Assembly (NCBI RefSeq): GCF_002113885.1
Contig: NW_018408551.1
Coordinates: 328,033-392,032, forward strand
From: Mizuhopecten yessoensis
Taxonomy: Eukaryota
Length of the DNA stretch: 64,000 bases
Reading direction: 5' to 3'
In this document: one piece after another, positions 61,359 to 64,000 of the stretch
Position numbering within the stretch: position 1 is the stretch's first letter
How the letters are laid out: every line of letters begins with the position of its first letter
The notes under the pieces: model-generated
The model's database searches: none
Told to the model about the DNA's origin: nothing
Seen by the model: only the letters and a program-made list of their open reading frames with translations
Translations under genes and position numbers: made by a program

Positions 61359-61966
61359 TATTTATTTACTCCTGAGATCAGTAAATAAACAGATTATCAA
61401 TTATGGAATTTGCTTATTGGAAAATTCTGATTATTCAAACCAAGTGATTTTTTATTAGAATTGATCACTGGCCCATCACTAATATGAATGTGGTGTTTAA
61501 CAGGTAGGGCACAACCGTGCATATGGGTACTGATCCTGCATTTGGGTAATGGTTACCCATTTGAGTAACAATTTTATGAAATGGGGAATATAGTGAGAAA
61601 ACCCCACACAGATCTTGGATCAAAAAAGGGTGTTATACTTTCACCTAAATCCTATAACACAATGAAGTACAATTCTGAAGTCTGACTTTTACCTTAGATT
61701 TAGACAACTAAATTCACATGAACCCGAGCTTTTTGTTCATAATGTAAAAACCCTTTCAGCACCGGTACTGTAGGCCTTAATGGACTCATCCAGAATTTTC
61801 CAAGAACAATCCCTCAGTGGTACTCTCTCCCTCCTAACTTGGCATCAAGTGCTACACTCTCTTCCTTTATACTAATTAACCCCACCTTCCAGTCTGCTCA
61901 CACACATGTTACTTGCTTAATCTTCATCTTGTGGAAGTTTCACTTACCACTACTTGGGGTCTCACT

Positions 61967-64000
61967 TAAAAGCGTCTTCAACCGACAACAAGCGTCTTCA
62001 AGTGACAACAAGCGTCGCCAGACAAAATCTTCAAAAATACTGAATAAAGTAAGCGACATCAGAAGCTATGTTGTTGATATGACAATAATACACCTCTGTA
62101 CCAATTTTCAATTTAATATTTGAAAAATTGACCGAGTAATGATGAATTGAATTTTTACGATCGCAGCGTAGCACATGTGTGTAAAGTGAAGAAAGCATCG
62201 CCAGATAATATCGTTAAAATTACTCGCTAAAGTAAGCGACATCGGAGGATATGTTATTAGTTTGACTTTTATTGATATATATTCCAAATTTCAGCCCGAT
62301 ATTTGAAAAAATGATCGAGTTATGATTAATTTAATATTATGATCGGCGATTTTACGAAGCTATACGCCGTGCCACATATGTGTACATGTACAAGTACGTA
62401 GGGTATACGTAGGGCTTCGCATAGGTGAACACAGTTAGACCGGATTATAGTGTAGAACTCTCAGCCACACTCTTGAAACAAGCATGTTACCAGACCCTAC
62501 GGACGTGGACGTGGTTCTACTCAGGGTCCGTTATATGTTCGTGTGACTGATCGATTTAATGTTGGTGTTTAAAAAAAATCCCTAAGTACCTATAAGTTTA
62601 ATGAAGACTATACTAAAATTTAATGGTTATTGCTGTAAAGGTACAGCTGAAAAATACAATCATTTTAAACTTCTTATGAAATAACTGGCACACAGGTGTA
62701 AATATCGGTATTTCATATAATCAAATACATTTTGTCTGTATACGTAAGAATAACTGTTTCTCTGTTCAAACTTGTAAAGAAATCAAATGTTAATAATTTT
62801 CACATCTTGAATCCCGTCCTGCGGGCACACAAGTGTTGTTAAAGCGTAAAAAAGTTCTTCATTTAGCGTAATTGTCATCAGGTAACTAAGTTACAACTTT
62901 TGTTGTTTAACAGGACCGTGCGTTTCGGTGCGATTCGCGCGAACACGTTTTCGCGTCCCTGTTTTTTTGCGATTGCTGCAGTTTTAGGTATTGTTAACAT
63001 ACCATTCGTAGATGTTAAAAAGTATGTTTTCTTCCACACATACTTTTCCAGTCCCCTAGAAGTTTGATGATGTGATTCATCGATTCGCAATTGTTGTTTT
63101 TCCAACCTTTTGGAATTGCGCAATCTCGATTCAATCACCCTGCGCTTAATCGTTGGTAAAATCTTTACTGACCAATATCTTCCTAAACGTGTTCTATACG
63201 ACTCGTCAATCTTTTGTGCAATGGTATTGAATTCTTTTATTGAATCACTATCTTCACCAAAGATTGATGACATGATCGGGGCCTTGTCTTTATCAGTCAT
63301 GCCAATTTTAACTGACAAATGTCTCGAAACATTTTCCTGTATGTGTCGTGTACAGAAAGGTTCGACTAGCGTTGTTCTGTCAAAGACTGCGCTAGTCGCC
63401 TGCTTAAACGTCCCTTTTCAGGGCCACCATCTTACTCAAAAAGTCATGAGAAACTCGAAAATTACGCATCCCCTCCCACTATATTAGTTATAATAAAAAA
63501 AATATAAAGATAATTAAACACATTTTTAATCGTAATTATTCTTAATCGGTAACAGTTAAAATCTAAATTGTTCAATAAATACAATAATGTTATTCTTGAC
63601 ACAGCTGATTAAAGGGGTATCAATGTTTATATATAGCAATTTATTCTAACTGTGTTCACCTATGCCAGAGACGTATAATACATACACGTCTCTGCCTACC
63701 CTACGTACACATATGTGGCACGGCGTATAGCTTCATATTTGTTCATCGTATGAATTGAATTCACGATAACTCAATCATTTTTCAACAAATCAAATTAAAA
63801 TTTGGTATATAGTTGTATCATAGTCATATGAATAACATATCTCATGATGTCGCTTACTTTATCAATCATTTTAAGAGGTAAAGTCTGAAGACGCTTCTTG
63901 ATCTATATCAGTTTTATTAACACACGTGTGCCAAGCCGACGATAGTAAAATAATAAATTCACGATAACTCGGTCATTTTTTCATATATCTAAGTGTAATT
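61967..64000 (-). mobile_element. Defective Mutator-like (MULE) DNA transposon with long, internally repeated inverted arms; right end beyond window
   Basis: Arms ~62030-62405 vs ~63697-64000 are inverted (aaagtaagcgacatc / gatgtcgcttacttt; gaagctatacgccgtgccacatatgtgtac / gtacacatatgtggcacggcgtatagcttc). Minus-strand relic ~63430-63040 reads FCTRHIQENV..IFG.. and, after a frameshift, WKNNNCESMNHIIK (CxxH and NNxxEsxN MULE motifs). Confidence 0.8.

Overview
AT-rich, intron-containing animal genomic DNA. The repeat families suggest a bivalve mollusc (inference). Four conserved housekeeping genes can be spliced by hand into complete or near-complete proteins: ACTR6/Arp6 (+, 5'-truncated, 1-7837), CHTF8/Ctf8 (-, 15695-10967), SAP18 (+, 15860-19284, head-to-head with CHTF8 across 164 bp) and NUP37 (-, 5'-truncated, 60940-55931, with a probable GC-AG intron). 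Between SAP18 and NUP37 lies a ~30-kb accessory block containing a tandem family of unannotated type-I membrane proteins (divergent SUEL/Gal-lectin-like domain + CUB-like domain + Thr-rich mucin stalk + TM helix + basic cytoplasmic tail with LPPI-type motifs). Two copies look intact (51328-44545 and ~39520-32504). A third copy (~21230-25200) was destroyed by a legible nested series of events: a LINE inserted into an exon, a long-TIR element inserted into the LINE (9-bp TSD), an 81-bp perfect hairpin inserted into that element (10-bp TSD), and an inversion split the TIR element. The window also holds an internally deleted DIRS1-like tyrosine-recombinase retrotransposon with ITRs and ICR (25751-~29100), a piggyBac-type MITE, a defective MULE with long inverted arms, several Helentron-associated/pearl-like modular elements, tRNA-derived SINEs, minisatellites and some assembly gaps and artefacts. 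All calls are from manual reading; no database searches were run.
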